Shown here piece by piece: positions 9,648-20,091 of a DNA stretch of 64,000 nt. The position numbers were made by a program, and so were the translations under genes. Numbering within the stretch: position 1 is the first letter of the stretch; each line of letters opens with the position of its first letter. This stretch comes from Candidatus Bathyarchaeota archaeon (lineage in GTDB: Archaea; Thermoproteota; Bathyarchaeia; TCS64), in contig CAVYLP010000003.1 of the NCBI GenBank assembly GCA_963769425.1, forward strand, positions 288,001 to 352,000, in the 5' to 3' direction. The notes under the pieces are model-generated. The model was not told the origin of the DNA, made no database searches, and worked only from the letters and a program-made list of their open reading frames with translations.

Positions 9648-10427
9648 GTGCCACTCGACGAATCCGTCCATGCCTCGATTCGTGAAGCCGCCAGAATAAT
9701 CGCAAACTCCGATTATGTCACCGCCCTCACTGGAGCGGGGGTCTCCGTTGAGAGCGGCATACGCCCCTTCCGGGGCCCGGGCGGGCTCTGGACCGAGCGG
9801 GGGGAGCCGCCGATGGACGGCTACAGAAGGTTCGAGGAGGACCCGAAGCGGTACTGGGAGGAGATGCTTAGCCCCGCCAGGGAGAGCAGGTTCGGGGACA
9901 GCATCAGGGATGCCAAGCCGAACGCGGGCCACTACGCACTCGCCGAGATAGAGTCGATGGGCATACTAAGATCGCTAGTCACCCAGAACATCGACAACCT
10001 CCACACCGAGGCGGGGAGCAGGAATGTTCTCGAGATACACGGGAACAGGCTGAAGCTGAGGTGCGTCAGGTGCGGTGAGAGGTTCCCGAGGGGGGGATTC
10101 GACCTCTCCACTCTGCCTCCCCGCTGCCCGACCTGTGGGGGGATAGTCAAGGACGACGTCGTCATGTTCGGGGAGCCCATCCCGAGGGACGTCTCAGACG
10201 CGTGCCACACCGAGGCTGGTAAGAGTGACTGCATGATCGTCGCGGGGACCTCCGCGGTGGTCTACCCCGCCGCGAGCCTGCCACTCATAGTCAAGGAGAG
10301 GGGCGGCTCGATAATCGAGGTAAACCCGCTTGAGAGTGAGTTGAGTAGAATCAGCGACGTGATCATCAGGGCCCCGTCGGGTGAAGCCCTGCCCGCATTG
10401 GTTGAAGCCCTGAAAAGGTTAGGCTAG
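9648..10427 (+). CDS. cobB: Sir2-family NAD-dependent protein deacylase
   Basis: TGAGVS, TQNIDNLH, HGN, CxxC...CxxC, GTSAVVYPAA. Confidence 0.92.
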   Translation: MPLDESVHASIREAARIIANSDYVTALTGAGVSVESGIRPFRGPGGLWTERGEPPMDGYRRFEEDPKRYWEEMLSPARESRFGDSIRDAKPNAGHYALAEIESMGILRSLVTQNIDNLHTEAGSRNVLEIHGNRLKLRCVRCGERFPRGGFDLSTLPPRCPTCGGIVKDDVVMFGEPIPRDVSDACHTEAGKSDCMIVAGTSAVVYPAASLPLIVKERGGSIIEVNPLESELSRISDVIIRAPSGEALPALVEALKRLG

Positions 10428-11201
10428 CTTCTTCCGGGTCCAGTCGGCGACCTCCTTCCCCGTCGCGAACCAGACATCCCCCTTTTCCTCCATGTCGGTG
10501 AGGAGCTTCTCGAGCATGTCGAGGCGGCTTATCCTGCCTGTGGCCTGCGGGTGGCAGGTGAGGCCGAAGTAGCGACCGAGGCGGTAGATGCCCTCGAACT
10601 CGGGCTTCCACTCCTTGTACGCCTCCTCGGGGCTGCGCCTGTAGGTGTCGTACTGGGGCCAGTCATCGAGCATCCACTCGACGGGCAGCTCCACGAGGCC
10701 CGTTGGCTTGCCCCGCCACTCGAGCATGTAGGGCATGTCGTTGTCCATGAAGTCGCTGTCGTAGCTGAAGCCGAACTGCTTGATCCTCTCGATGGTGCGG
10801 TCGCTGATGAGCCAGTAGGGGGCGCGGAAGCCCTCTGGCTTCACGCCGAGCTTCTTGAGGGCTGCCAGGCTCCTCTCGAAGACGCCCTCCTCGATCTCCC
10901 AGCTGAGCTCGCCGAGGCGCTCATGGGTGTAACCATGGGCGCCGATCTCGTGGCCGTGCTTTATGATGTCCTTCACCGAGTCTGGGTACCTGTCCGCGGT
11001 CCAGCCGGGAACGAAGAAGGTCGCCTTGAGCTCGTGGCGGTCGAGCATCTCGAGGATGCGTGGGATCGCAACGTTCGGAGCGAAGCGTCCCCTGCTCTGG
11101 TTGACTATATCGAGGGGGGTGCGCCAGATGGTGGCGCTGTCCGAGTCGTAGTCGAAGCTGAGGTTCACACAGCACTTGTATCCCTTTGGCCAGAATCCCA
11201 T
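10419..11201 (-). CDS. Polysaccharide deacetylase family (CE4, PuuE-like) protein
   Basis: LSFDYD, ATFFVPG, HEIGAHGYTH, GFRAP, YDS motifs. Confidence 0.9.
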   Translation of the reverse strand: MGFWPKGYKCCVNLSFDYDSDSATIWRTPLDIVNQSRGRFAPNVAIPRILEMLDRHELKATFFVPGWTADRYPDSVKDIIKHGHEIGAHGYTHERLGELSWEIEEGVFERSLAALKKLGVKPEGFRAPYWLISDRTIERIKQFGFSYDSDFMDNDMPYMLEWRGKPTGLVELPVEWMLDDWPQYDTYRRSPEEAYKEWKPEFEGIYRLGRYFGLTCHPQATGRISRLDMLEKLLTDMEEKGDVWFATGKEVADWTRKKLA

Positions 11202-12974
11202 TCAGTTCACCGCTGAAGAAGGGGTTCGGATACGGTATAAGAGATGCGCTCCGCAGAAAAAACGTTGTACGCTCTGGAAAGGATGTGAATTTGTTACTGC
11301 TTGACCAGGCTCGGGCAAATCGGGGGAGAAGCGGAGGATCAGTCCGCCGAGGAGCCTCATTATCGCCGAGACTACGAGCACGTAGACTCCGAGCTGAATA
11401 CCCCACTCCATGTAGACTGAGCCTACACCTGTGATGCTCATCGAGGTCGTCCCCTGTATCGGGCTCGCGGCTATCTGGTTTGTCAACTGTATCACCTCGG
11501 GTGGGAGCTGCTGGGCCCCTCCCACGAACTGGGAGACGAACGCGGGCAGATTGCCTAGGAATAGTATCATGACGCCGTATATGATTGCGACGAAAACGAA
11601 GAAGAGGAGGCCGCTGACTACGTACTTCGAGCCCAGCTTCTTCACCTTCTTGACCCCAATCAGGTCAAGGATTGTGAGCACGACGCTGGCGGCAATTAGT
11701 ATGCCGAACGGGATACTAGCAGTGCCCAGAGGCTGGAAACCGTTGCTGGATAGCAGGTTAACGGCTATACCGTTTAGCCCATCGAGCTTGATAAGGTCGA
11801 CCGTGCCTCCCGTCGTCATCACTGAGGTCTGTATGTTGGCCCTGACAAGGTAGTATGGTAGGAACACAGCCCCGACTCCTACGAGGACGCCCAAGAACCC
11901 GATTATAACGCCTATGGCTGCGCGGCTCTTCATGACTGCTCCGAGCCTGAGCCCGCCCTGCCTGCTTAGGCGGGCTATGCCGATGAGCTTCCAGAGTGCC
12001 TGTACTCCGCTAATCCCGAGGAATATCCAGAGGAGGTTGGCCATCACTAGGTCGAGGTATAGCTGGTTCTGGTCGATCTGGGGCAGTGAGAAGGTCCACT
12101 GCGTTGCCTGAGCCCACCTGACTGCATTGTCCCCCTGTGCAGGGCCGAATGGGCCCGCGTTCCCGAGGGTGGCGTCCGAAATCTTAGCCCAGTCACCCCA
12201 GCGGCCCCCGAAGTCGAGCCACCCCTGGTCGGCTGGGTGGTTACCGGGCTCGCCGAGCGTGACTATGCTGTAGTCTGTGGACGCGATGGAAAAACCGTCC
12301 CCGCCGACATCATCATTTGCCACGCCGAGCTTGCCCTGATATGGGCGGTAGTAGTTGGCGTGGCTGCCCCTAGCGACATAGACGACAGGGTGGGTGACAT
12401 CTACCTTCTCAACGTCCGTCCACGCCGCGCGTTGCCCGGCGTCGTGCTGCGAGTAGGCCGTGTACATCGGGGAGCTGCCTGAGAGGACTATTGTGATGCC
12501 CTCCCAGTCCCCCTCGTGCTGGTTCATCGGGGCGTCGTTGTAAGCGTAGAAGAACCAGTACTGGAGCACCGTGTAGCCGCTCATCTGTACCTCGCGGGCG
12601 TAGACGGTGTACCCCAGACTACTCCTCACCTGCTGGTAGTTGGTGAGTATCTCGCTGAAGCCGCCGAGCTTGTTATCGAGGAAGTAAGCATTGGTCGTGT
12701 AGCCCGCGAGCATCGCGGACGTCGGGTTCGCATTTACGAGCGTTGGCCCATTCTGCTCCATAACCTTGAGTACGCCGTTTGTGATCGCGTAACTGGAATC
12801 GATGGGGTAGAAGTTCTCCCCCTTATTGAACCTGAGGACGGGTGCGAACTGGTTAACCAGACTGGAGCCTTGGGATGGCGCTTGGTACGCCGCGCTCGTG
12901 AAGATGGGTGAAAGGAGCATAAGTAGCGTCAGTGAGAGTGCGACGAGGGCGGGTTTCGATCGGATTCCACTCAT
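11202..12974 (-). CDS. Membrane protein with extracellular Vps62/DUF946-like domain
   Basis: Signal peptide; FAPVLRF, QYWFFYAYN, HEGDWE, YSQH, PVVYVARGSHANY; ~5 C-terminal TM helices. Confidence 0.7.
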   Translation of the reverse strand: MSGIRSKPALVALSLTLLMLLSPIFTSAAYQAPSQGSSLVNQFAPVLRFNKGENFYPIDSSYAITNGVLKVMEQNGPTLVNANPTSAMLAGYTTNAYFLDNKLGGFSEILTNYQQVRSSLGYTVYAREVQMSGYTVLQYWFFYAYNDAPMNQHEGDWEGITIVLSGSSPMYTAYSQHDAGQRAAWTDVEKVDVTHPVVYVARGSHANYYRPYQGKLGVANDDVGGDGFSIASTDYSIVTLGEPGNHPADQGWLDFGGRWGDWAKISDATLGNAGPFGPAQGDNAVRWAQATQWTFSLPQIDQNQLYLDLVMANLLWIFLGISGVQALWKLIGIARLSRQGGLRLGAVMKSRAAIGVIIGFLGVLVGVGAVFLPYYLVRANIQTSVMTTGGTVDLIKLDGLNGIAVNLLSSNGFQPLGTASIPFGILIAASVVLTILDLIGVKKVKKLGSKYVVSGLLFFVFVAIIYGVMILFLGNLPAFVSQFVGGAQQLPPEVIQLTNQIAASPIQGTTSMSITGVGSVYMEWGIQLGVYVLVVSAIMRLLGGLILRFSPDLPEPGQAVTNSHPFQSVQRFFCGAHLLYRIRTPSSAVN

Positions 12975-13036
12975 GGCTTAGGTGGGATGGGCTGCGGATA
13001 AGAGAATTTCCATGAAATCGGAGAACGAAAAAGGAG

Positions 13037-13743
13037 CTAAGCGACTACTACACGCGCGCCGTAGATCGCTGCGACCCTTTCGGCGACCTGCTTGATGGTC
13101 ATGGTCTCGCCCTTCATCAGGATGATGCCTGTGCCCTCCTCCAGGTAGCCGAGGAGGTTACGGGCGCATTGGCCCACCTCGACGAGAGTCACGGGCGTGT
13201 CCTCCGGGGGGCGTATCCGGACGACGCCGGTCTCCCTCGCAGCTTTGTTGAACCGTCGGGAAGAGGCGGCTATCGTTCGGGTCCTTCCCCTCCAGGTCGT
13301 AGATGTTTGGGAGCCTGATGGTCACCGCGTCGGGTAGAGCTTCGACGAGCTTCTCCGCCTCCTTCTTCGCCGAGGCGTAGGGGGACTGGAGCTGGCCGCA
13401 GCAGCTGCACCTGAAGCTGTCCGCAGCGAGTTGCGTGCTCGTGAAGATAAGGCGCTTCCCGTGTCTCCTGCACGAGTCAGCGACGTTCGCGGTACCCCTG
13501 ACTATGTGGTCCCAGTACTTCCACGGGTTCTGGATGCTCTCCCCTACTATGCAGGGGGAGGCGAGGTGATAAACCACGTCGGAGGTGGCGACTGCGGCGT
13601 CGATCCGCTGCGGCGTCCCTTATGTCGTCCCGGAGGTCGTGTCGCGATGTCGAAGCTAAGTGGCGGCGTGCCCTGCTGATCTCAACGACCTTAACAAGCT
13701 CTGAGCCGATGTAGCCGCTCCCACCTGTAACTAGGACTTTCAT
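13037..13743 (-). pseudogene. NAD-dependent epimerase, multiply frameshifted (possibly sequencing errors)
   Basis: MKVLVTGGSGYIGS, VYHLAS, YASAK and C-terminal TIKQVAERVA lie in different frames. Confidence 0.75.
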
Positions 13744-13758
13744 CAAGCAACCATCCAG

Positions 13759-14095
13759 CTAAGATACGGTCGAGCCGTTGGGGACTTCACGCTCGGTCGT
13801 GAGCAGGGCGAGTTTCCCGTCCTTCTCGGCGGTGAGTAGCATGCCGTTGCTCTCGTTGCCGAATATCTTCGCGGGCTTCAGGTTGCAGATGACGCAGATT
13901 ACCTTGCCCTTGATCTCGTCCGCCTTGTAGTACTCGACCGAGCCCGTGATTATCTGACGCGATGTGGTCCCCCATGTCGACCTGCAGCTTGTAGAGCTTG
14001 TCGCTGCCCGTGATCTGCTCTATCTCCTTGACGGTGCCGGTGCGGATGTCGAGGCGCTTGAACTCGCGTATGCTGACGATCTCTGACTCGGACAT
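13759..14095 (-). pseudogene. tRNA-binding domain protein (Trbp111/MetRS C-terminal-like), frameshifted
   Basis: EFKRLDIRTG...DKLYKLQVDMG, then NLKPAKIFGNESNGMLL in another frame. Confidence 0.8.
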
Positions 14096-14120
14096 GGCTC
14101 AGGATTCGCGTTTTCTCGTA

Positions 14121-14650
14121 TTAAGCCTTGACTGGGATGACGTAGAGGTAGACGTTGGCGTCGGGGTGCTTCTTCGTCGGCTCCCAGCCCTCGAAGGTGA
14201 AGCTGAAGGAGACGACGCGGGAACCCGGTTGTCAGCTCGGCCTCGAACTTCTCCCTGAGCCTATTGTTTATGGACTCACCCTGGTAGACGGTAACGACGG
14301 ATCGCCTCGGCGACGCTGTTCTTGAAGAAGTCGCCCCAGATGAAGCGTATCCGGTCGTGTACTGGGCTCCTCCGCGCCCTGAGTCTTGACCAAAGGACCC
14401 TTAAAGCGTCCGCCTCGACGCCGACTCCACGTGCGCCGCGCTCCGCGGCACCGATTACTATCCTGCCGTCCCCCGAGCCTAGGTCATAGAGCACATCCCC
14501 CTCTCCCACTTCAGCGATGGAGAGCATCTTCTCGACGACGTCTAGCGGCGTCGGAAGGAAGATGGCGCCTATGAAGATGGGCCAGACGAGCCAGAGGAGG
14601 AAGCCGAGGACGAGGAAGTAAGCGACTGGGAGTAGAATAGTGAAGTCCAC
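14121..14650 (-). pseudogene. Class I SAM-dependent methyltransferase with N-terminal TM, frameshifted
   Basis: FLPTP, YDLGSGDGR; C-terminal SFTFEGWEP in another frame. Confidence 0.8.
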
Positions 14651-14670
14651 GCATCCAAGCTGGACCCGAG

Positions 14671-15846
14671 CTAGTTAACTGTTCCCGAGAGGTAGCGGTC
14701 GGCGATCATGGCGTACATTCTGCTGACGGGTGGGAGCCACTCGAGCTTCACGTACTCGTTCGCCCCGTGCGCCTCCCCACGCTGGGGTCCTATATGGACG
14801 CAGGGTATCCCTTCCTCCCCCTGGAAGATGTTCGCGTTCGTTATCCCGTAAGCGTACTCGTAGAGAGGCGGGTGCCCCATCACATCCCTGTAGACGCTGT
14901 CGAGCGTCTTCATGATCAGCTCATCCCTGTTGCATGTGTAGGGCTCGTACCTCGGGGGCTTGACGCCTATCTCGACCTCAGACTTGAGGTGCAGGGAGTC
15001 TACGAGGCGCCTCATATCGCCGATGGCATACTGGATAGTCTCCCCTGGGACGAGTAGGCGGTTAACTTCGAATCGCGCCGACGCTGGTACGACCACGGAG
15101 TAGATATGGTACCCTCCCTCGAACTTCAGTGTACAGTAGGTTCCCTTGCCGAACTCGGGGTGGGGCTTGAGCTGTAGCTTGTCGAGGTTTGCGACAATCT
15201 TGGCGGCGTCCTCGACGGCGTTGACGCCAAGTTGGGGGCGGAAGCCGTGTGCGGCCTTCCCCTTCACCCTGATATCGTATAGGATCTTACCCGTGAGGCC
15301 GAGAGGTATCGGCTTCGTCTCATCCCCGCAGTAACTGTAGGCGAGGACGATGGCGTCTAGGCTCCTCCACCTCTCATCTCTCATCATCGCCCAAGCGCCG
15401 ACGTCGGTCGCCTCCTGGTCGACGACGAGGCTGAAGCTGAGCTCCCCGGGGAACTCGTTGCCGCTGTCTGCGATGGTGCGGAATGCGTCGAGGGTGCAGG
15501 CGATGCCGCTCTTCATGTCGCAGGCGCCGCGCCCGTAGATCTTCTTGTCCTTGATCACCGCCTTGAAAGGGTCAGTGCTCCAACCCTCCCCAGCGGGAAC
15601 AGTGTCGCTGTGCGCGTTATAGTTGAGCCTCTTCCCAGGTCTGACCCCCTTGAGCGTGGCGTAGAGGTTAGGCCTCTTCGTCTCGACATACTGAAGCTCG
15701 GTGTCGAAGCCGTAGGATTCGAGCTTCTCCTTCAAGTAGAGGCTCAGGGCTTCCTCCTCCCCAGTGACACTGGGGATGCCTATCATCTCCTCGGTGAGCC
15801 TGACGGCGTAGGAGGGGTCGAGTCGCCTGAGAACGTCCTCGAACAT
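14671..15846 (-). CDS. M20 (ArgE/DapE-like) amidohydrolase paralog 3, degenerate active site
   Basis: AHSDTV, GRGACDMK, but DQE for DEE and LAYS for LAEP. Confidence 0.88.
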   Translation of the reverse strand: MFEDVLRRLDPSYAVRLTEEMIGIPSVTGEEEALSLYLKEKLESYGFDTELQYVETKRPNLYATLKGVRPGKRLNYNAHSDTVPAGEGWSTDPFKAVIKDKKIYGRGACDMKSGIACTLDAFRTIADSGNEFPGELSFSLVVDQEATDVGAWAMMRDERWRSLDAIVLAYSYCGDETKPIPLGLTGKILYDIRVKGKAAHGFRPQLGVNAVEDAAKIVANLDKLQLKPHPEFGKGTYCTLKFEGGYHIYSVVVPASARFEVNRLLVPGETIQYAIGDMRRLVDSLHLKSEVEIGVKPPRYEPYTCNRDELIMKTLDSVYRDVMGHPPLYEYAYGITNANIFQGEEGIPCVHIGPQRGEAHGANEYVKLEWLPPVSRMYAMIADRYLSGTVN

Positions 15847-15887
15847 TCGAGGAGAAAGGGGGGAGACTGGGAAGATAAATTAGGCGT

Positions 15888-17050
15888 CTAGGCGAGGAAC
15901 TTCGCTACTATGATGGCGTAAGCCTTGCTCACCTTTGGTAGCCAATCGAGCTCGACATACTCGTTCCTCTGGTGTGTGCCGCCCGGCTTGGGGCCGAGGT
16001 GTATGCAGGGTATGCCGCCCTCCCCAGTGATGGTGTTCGCGTCTGTGATGCTCTTATGGTACCCGTATTCGGGAGTCGAGCCGAAGGCCTCCCTGTAGGC
16101 TTCATCGAAGACCTTGACGATGGGTTCAGTCTTCTTCATCTCGTAGCTGGCGTAGAGCGGCGGCTTCGTTTTGACCTCGACCGTGCTTCTGAGCTTGAGG
16201 CTCTTCACGAGGCGCTCCATATCTTTGACCGCGTATTCGACGGTCTCCCCTGGAACGAGCAGGCGGTTGACCTCTATTCGGCATGTCGCCGGGACGACGA
16301 CGCTGTAGACGGTGTAACCGCCCTCGATCTTAAGGGTGCTGTAGTTGCCCTTCCCGAAGTGGGGGTTCTCCTTGAACTTGAGGCCGGGGAGGTTGGCGAG
16401 GATGATCCCCGCCTCCTCGACTGCGTTCACACCCTCCTCGGGGCTGAAGCCGTGCGCCGCCTTGCCGTGGACGTAGATGTCATAGAGGACCTTCCCAGTG
16501 ATGCCGAGGGGGGTGCCGCGGCCCGGCTCAGCCGTCGTTGGCTCCCCGAGGACCACCGCGTCCACCTTGCCGTACTCGGTCTTCAGCATCGCCTTGGCCC
16601 CCTCGCCGAAGGCCTCCTCGTCTATGACCCCGGCGAAGCTGAGCTCCCCGCTGAATGGGTGGCCGGACTCGGCGAAGGCACGTAGCATGTTGAGTGTGCA
16701 GGCTATGCCCCCCTTCATATCGTTCGAGCCGAGGCCGTATAGCCTGTCCGCCCTTCTTAACGGCCTTGAAGGGATCGGTGTCCCAACCGACGACGACTGG
16801 GACGGTGTCCATGTGACCGCAGAAGTTGAGGCGCTTGCCCTTCGTCTTGCCCTTGAGCTTCGCGTAGACGTTCGGGCGCCCCGGCTCGACCTCGTTCAAG
16901 CTCCGTCTTGTATCCGAGCTTCGTGAGTTCGTCCTGCAGGTAGTGGGCGAGCTCCTTCTCGTCCTTGACGACTGAGGGGATGGCGACCATCTCCTCCAGC
17001 TTCTTGACGGCGTAGGCGTCGTCGAGCCTCTTCAGTAGATCCTCGTACAT
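15888..17050 (-). pseudogene. M20 amidohydrolase paralog 2 (two frameshifts)
   Basis: Three overlapping ORFs join into a full ArgE/DapE protein with GHMDTV, DMKGG, DEE, GEP, GTHQRNE. Confidence 0.85.
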
Positions 17051-17116
17051 AGGTGTCGCTGCATGGATCACCGCCTTCGGTTAAATGGTTTGCCCAGAGA
17101 AGCGGTGGAAAAGTGG

Positions 17117-18305
17117 TCAGTTGTTGAGGAAGGAGTCGGCGATTTTGACGTACATCCTGCTTATCTTAGGTAGCCAGGTGACGTCGACGTACTCGTTCTT
17201 CTCGTGTGTACCCCCGCCCTTCTTGGGATCGGAAACACCGCGGGTGGGGCCGAGGTGGAGGCAGGGAATCTTGCCGACGCCGGCGAAGGTGTTGGCGTCC
17301 GTAATCCCGTAGGCGTACTGGTAGACTGGCGCCTTCCCCATGACCTCACTGTAGACGGGGTCGAATGCCTTGATGATGGGGTCGTCCCTTGCCATGACGT
17401 ATGCCTCGTACTTCGGGGGTTTGATCTTCACCTCGACGCTGCTCTTCAGGTTGAGGCTCGCGACGAGGCGCTCCATGTCGGCGACGGCGGTCTCGGGCGT
17501 CTCACCGGGGACCAGTAGGCGGTTGACCTCGAACCTCGACGAGGCGGGGACGACGACGCTGTAGATGGTGTACCCACCCTCGAACTTTAGGGTCGAGTAG
17601 TTGCCCTTGTGGAAGTCGGGGTGGTCGAGAAAGCTTAGCTTGTCCAAGTTGGCGACTATCTTGGCAGCGTCCTCGACGGCGTTTATCCCGTGCTGGGGGC
17701 GGAAACCGTGCGCCGCTTTACCGTGGACGTGCACGTCATAGAGTATTTTGCCAGTGATGCCCAGAGGCATTGGCTTTGACTCGTCGCATGGGTATGGCTC
17801 CGCGAGGACTATGGCGTTGACCTTGGCGAAGTCGGTCTTCAGCATCGCCTTCGCGCCCTCACCCATCGCCTCCTCGTCGATCACGGCACTGAAGCTCAGC
17901 TCTCCCCTCAGCTTGTGCCCCGAATCCTGCAATGCCTTGAGCATCGTGAAAATGGAGGCGAACCCCGCCTTCATGTCGCAGCTGCCCAACCCGACGAGGT
18001 CGTTTCCCCTCCGCACCGGCTTGAAAGGGTCCGTCTCCCACCCCTCGACCACAGGGATGGTGTCGAGGTGGCCGTTGTAGTTGAGCCTCTTCCCGGGCTT
18101 GTCCCCCCTGAGGCGGGCGTAGACGTTCGGTCTCCCCGGCTCCACCATCTGAGTCTCGGTCTTTAGTGCCGAGTGACTCCAGCTCGGATTTGACGTACTC
18201 GGCGAGTTCCGCCTCCTTGCCAACGACTGAGTTGATCTTCACCATCTCTTCCAGTTTGTGGAGGGTGTAGGCGTCGTCTATGCGCTTCACGGCGTCGTCG
18301 ATCAT
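17117..18305 (-). pseudogene. M20 amidohydrolase paralog 1 (one frameshift near 18165)
   Basis: MIDDAVKRID N-terminus joins frame with GHLDTI, CDMK, DEE, AEP, GTHEKNE. Confidence 0.85.
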
Positions 18306-18377
18306 GGTTGTCGGAGGGTAATACCGTCTGATACTGGTATAAGACTTGAGAATTGCGTTAATTGGCGAGAACTTCGA

Positions 18378-18872
18378 TTAGTTGAAGATTATTGAGGAGT
18401 AGTCGCCTGAGGGGTAGACGATCCTGATTCGGGTGATGTTGCTTATCCAGACGTCGCCGTTCGTGTCGGGGATCACGAGGCGTGTTACCTCGGGGAGCGC
18501 GCTACCGTTCAACTGGTATGCCACTATTACGTTCACTCGTGTCGCCACGGTGTAGGTTATATGCGTCGAGTAGCCATCGCTGGCGTAGAACTCCACCGTG
18601 TCTGCCTGCTGGGTCGCCCCAGCCCTCTCAAGCAGGTACCCGAGCCTGACACCAGTCCAGTTGCCATTAGCAACGTAGTTGCCGATGCAATCAAGCTCGG
18701 CGTTGACGGTTGTACCCGGCATCGCGGTTAGTTCTGTGTAGCTGAAGTCGATTCGTGACTGCTCCACCCCCGGGTCAACGTTCTTGGTCTGTCCGTAGGT
18801 GCCGTACAGGAAGATCGACGCTAGCACGGCGATCACAAGGACCGTCGCCATGGCGATCATGCTTTTTCTCAT
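18378..18872 (-). CDS. Molybdopterin-binding oxidoreductase domain (sulfite oxidase/MsrP-like), membrane anchored
   Basis: LDC...WTGVRL..LL, ASDGYS, VAYQLNG, RLVIP motifs; N-terminal TM. Confidence 0.8.
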   Translation of the reverse strand: MRKSMIAMATVLVIAVLASIFLYGTYGQTKNVDPGVEQSRIDFSYTELTAMPGTTVNAELDCIGNYVANGNWTGVRLGYLLERAGATQQADTVEFYASDGYSTHITYTVATRVNVIVAYQLNGSALPEVTRLVIPDTNGDVWISNITRIRIVYPSGDYSSIIFN

Positions 18873-19019
18873 CCCGCATCATTTCCCAGTTTAAGACTGG
18901 GTCGACGGCGCCGGATATCAACCATTACACGGGAATAAATGCAGATTGGGCATATCCGAGCCACTGGTTCCCAGCTAAGTATCATATACTGGGTCTGGCT
19001 GAGTTCTGGAGGATCCGAC

Positions 19020-20051
19020 TTGAAACTGGTCACTTTTAAGATACACACCGAGTGCAGGCTCGGTGCAGTCGTGAAGGAGGGCATAGTCGACCTCAACTCC
19101 GCCTACACCACCTACCTGAAGGAGGGTGGCGAGGCGTTCCCCAAGCGAGTAGCTTCAGCTCTCATACCGCCGGATATGGTGGGTTTCCTTGAGGGCGGGG
19201 AGAAGGCGAAGAAGGAGGCGGAGAAGGTCCTAAAGTGGGTGGCAAAGAAGAAGGACGCCGTGGGTGTCGAGGGCGAGAAGCTCGTCCTAGGCGACGAGGC
19301 TCGCATACAGGCGCCCATCCAGTACCCGGGCAAGATCTACTGCACCGCTGTCAACTACTACGACCACGCCACTGAGCGCATGGCGAAGGACCCCGAAGCA
19401 CGGAAGAAGGAGATCGCACGCATGAAGAGCCTAAACCTCAAGGTCGCCGACTGCTTCCAGAAGCAGCCCAGCCTCATCATAGGCACAGGCGCGCCCATCA
19501 TCAAGCCGAAAGTCTCCAAGCAGCTCGACTACGAGAACGAGCTCGCTCTCGTAATCGGTAAGAAGTGCAAGGACGTCAAGCCAGAGGACGCCTACTCCTG
19601 CATCGCCGGCTACACCATCCTAATCGACGTGAGCTTCCGCGACCAGGGCTTCCCACAGGACGTCGACTTCCGCCTCTATAAGGGCGACATCAACTGGACG
19701 AAGGGCAAGGGGATGGACAACGCCGCCCCCATGGGCCCCGCCATAGTCACCGCCGACGAGATACCCGACCCCTACAAGGTACCGCTGAAGCTTGTGACCC
19801 GCGTCAACGGCAAGACGCGCCAGGATGGCACGGTCGAGAACATGATCATAAAGATCCCCGACCTCGTCAGCTACATGAGCAGGGGGACCACCCTCAACCC
19901 CGGCGACATCATAGCCACGGGCACCTGCGCCGGCGTCGCGGCGAGCTGGGGCCCAGAGGGCTTCCTCAACGTCGGCGACGTTCTAGAGTGCGAGATACAG
20001 CCCATCGGCGTGATGAAGCACACCGTCGTCGAGGACAAGGGTCCCGTCTAA
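19020..20051 (+). CDS. Fumarylacetoacetate hydrolase family protein
   Basis: KIYCTAVNY..H, LDYENEL, WTKGKG, PGDIIATGT; TTG start after GGAGG. Confidence 0.9.
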   Translation: MKLVTFKIHTECRLGAVVKEGIVDLNSAYTTYLKEGGEAFPKRVASALIPPDMVGFLEGGEKAKKEAEKVLKWVAKKKDAVGVEGEKLVLGDEARIQAPIQYPGKIYCTAVNYYDHATERMAKDPEARKKEIARMKSLNLKVADCFQKQPSLIIGTGAPIIKPKVSKQLDYENELALVIGKKCKDVKPEDAYSCIAGYTILIDVSFRDQGFPQDVDFRLYKGDINWTKGKGMDNAAPMGPAIVTADEIPDPYKVPLKLVTRVNGKTRQDGTVENMIIKIPDLVSYMSRGTTLNPGDIIATGTCAGVAASWGPEGFLNVGDVLECEIQPIGVMKHTVVEDKGPV

Positions 20052-20091
20052 AAAAAACTTACCACCCCTTTTGGGGCAGCTTCTTTTCAGA

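Noticed and set aside
13037-18305. Programmed frameshifting as the cause of the broken genes
   Set aside because: No shared slippery motif was seen; clustering in unrelated genes fits assembly error better.
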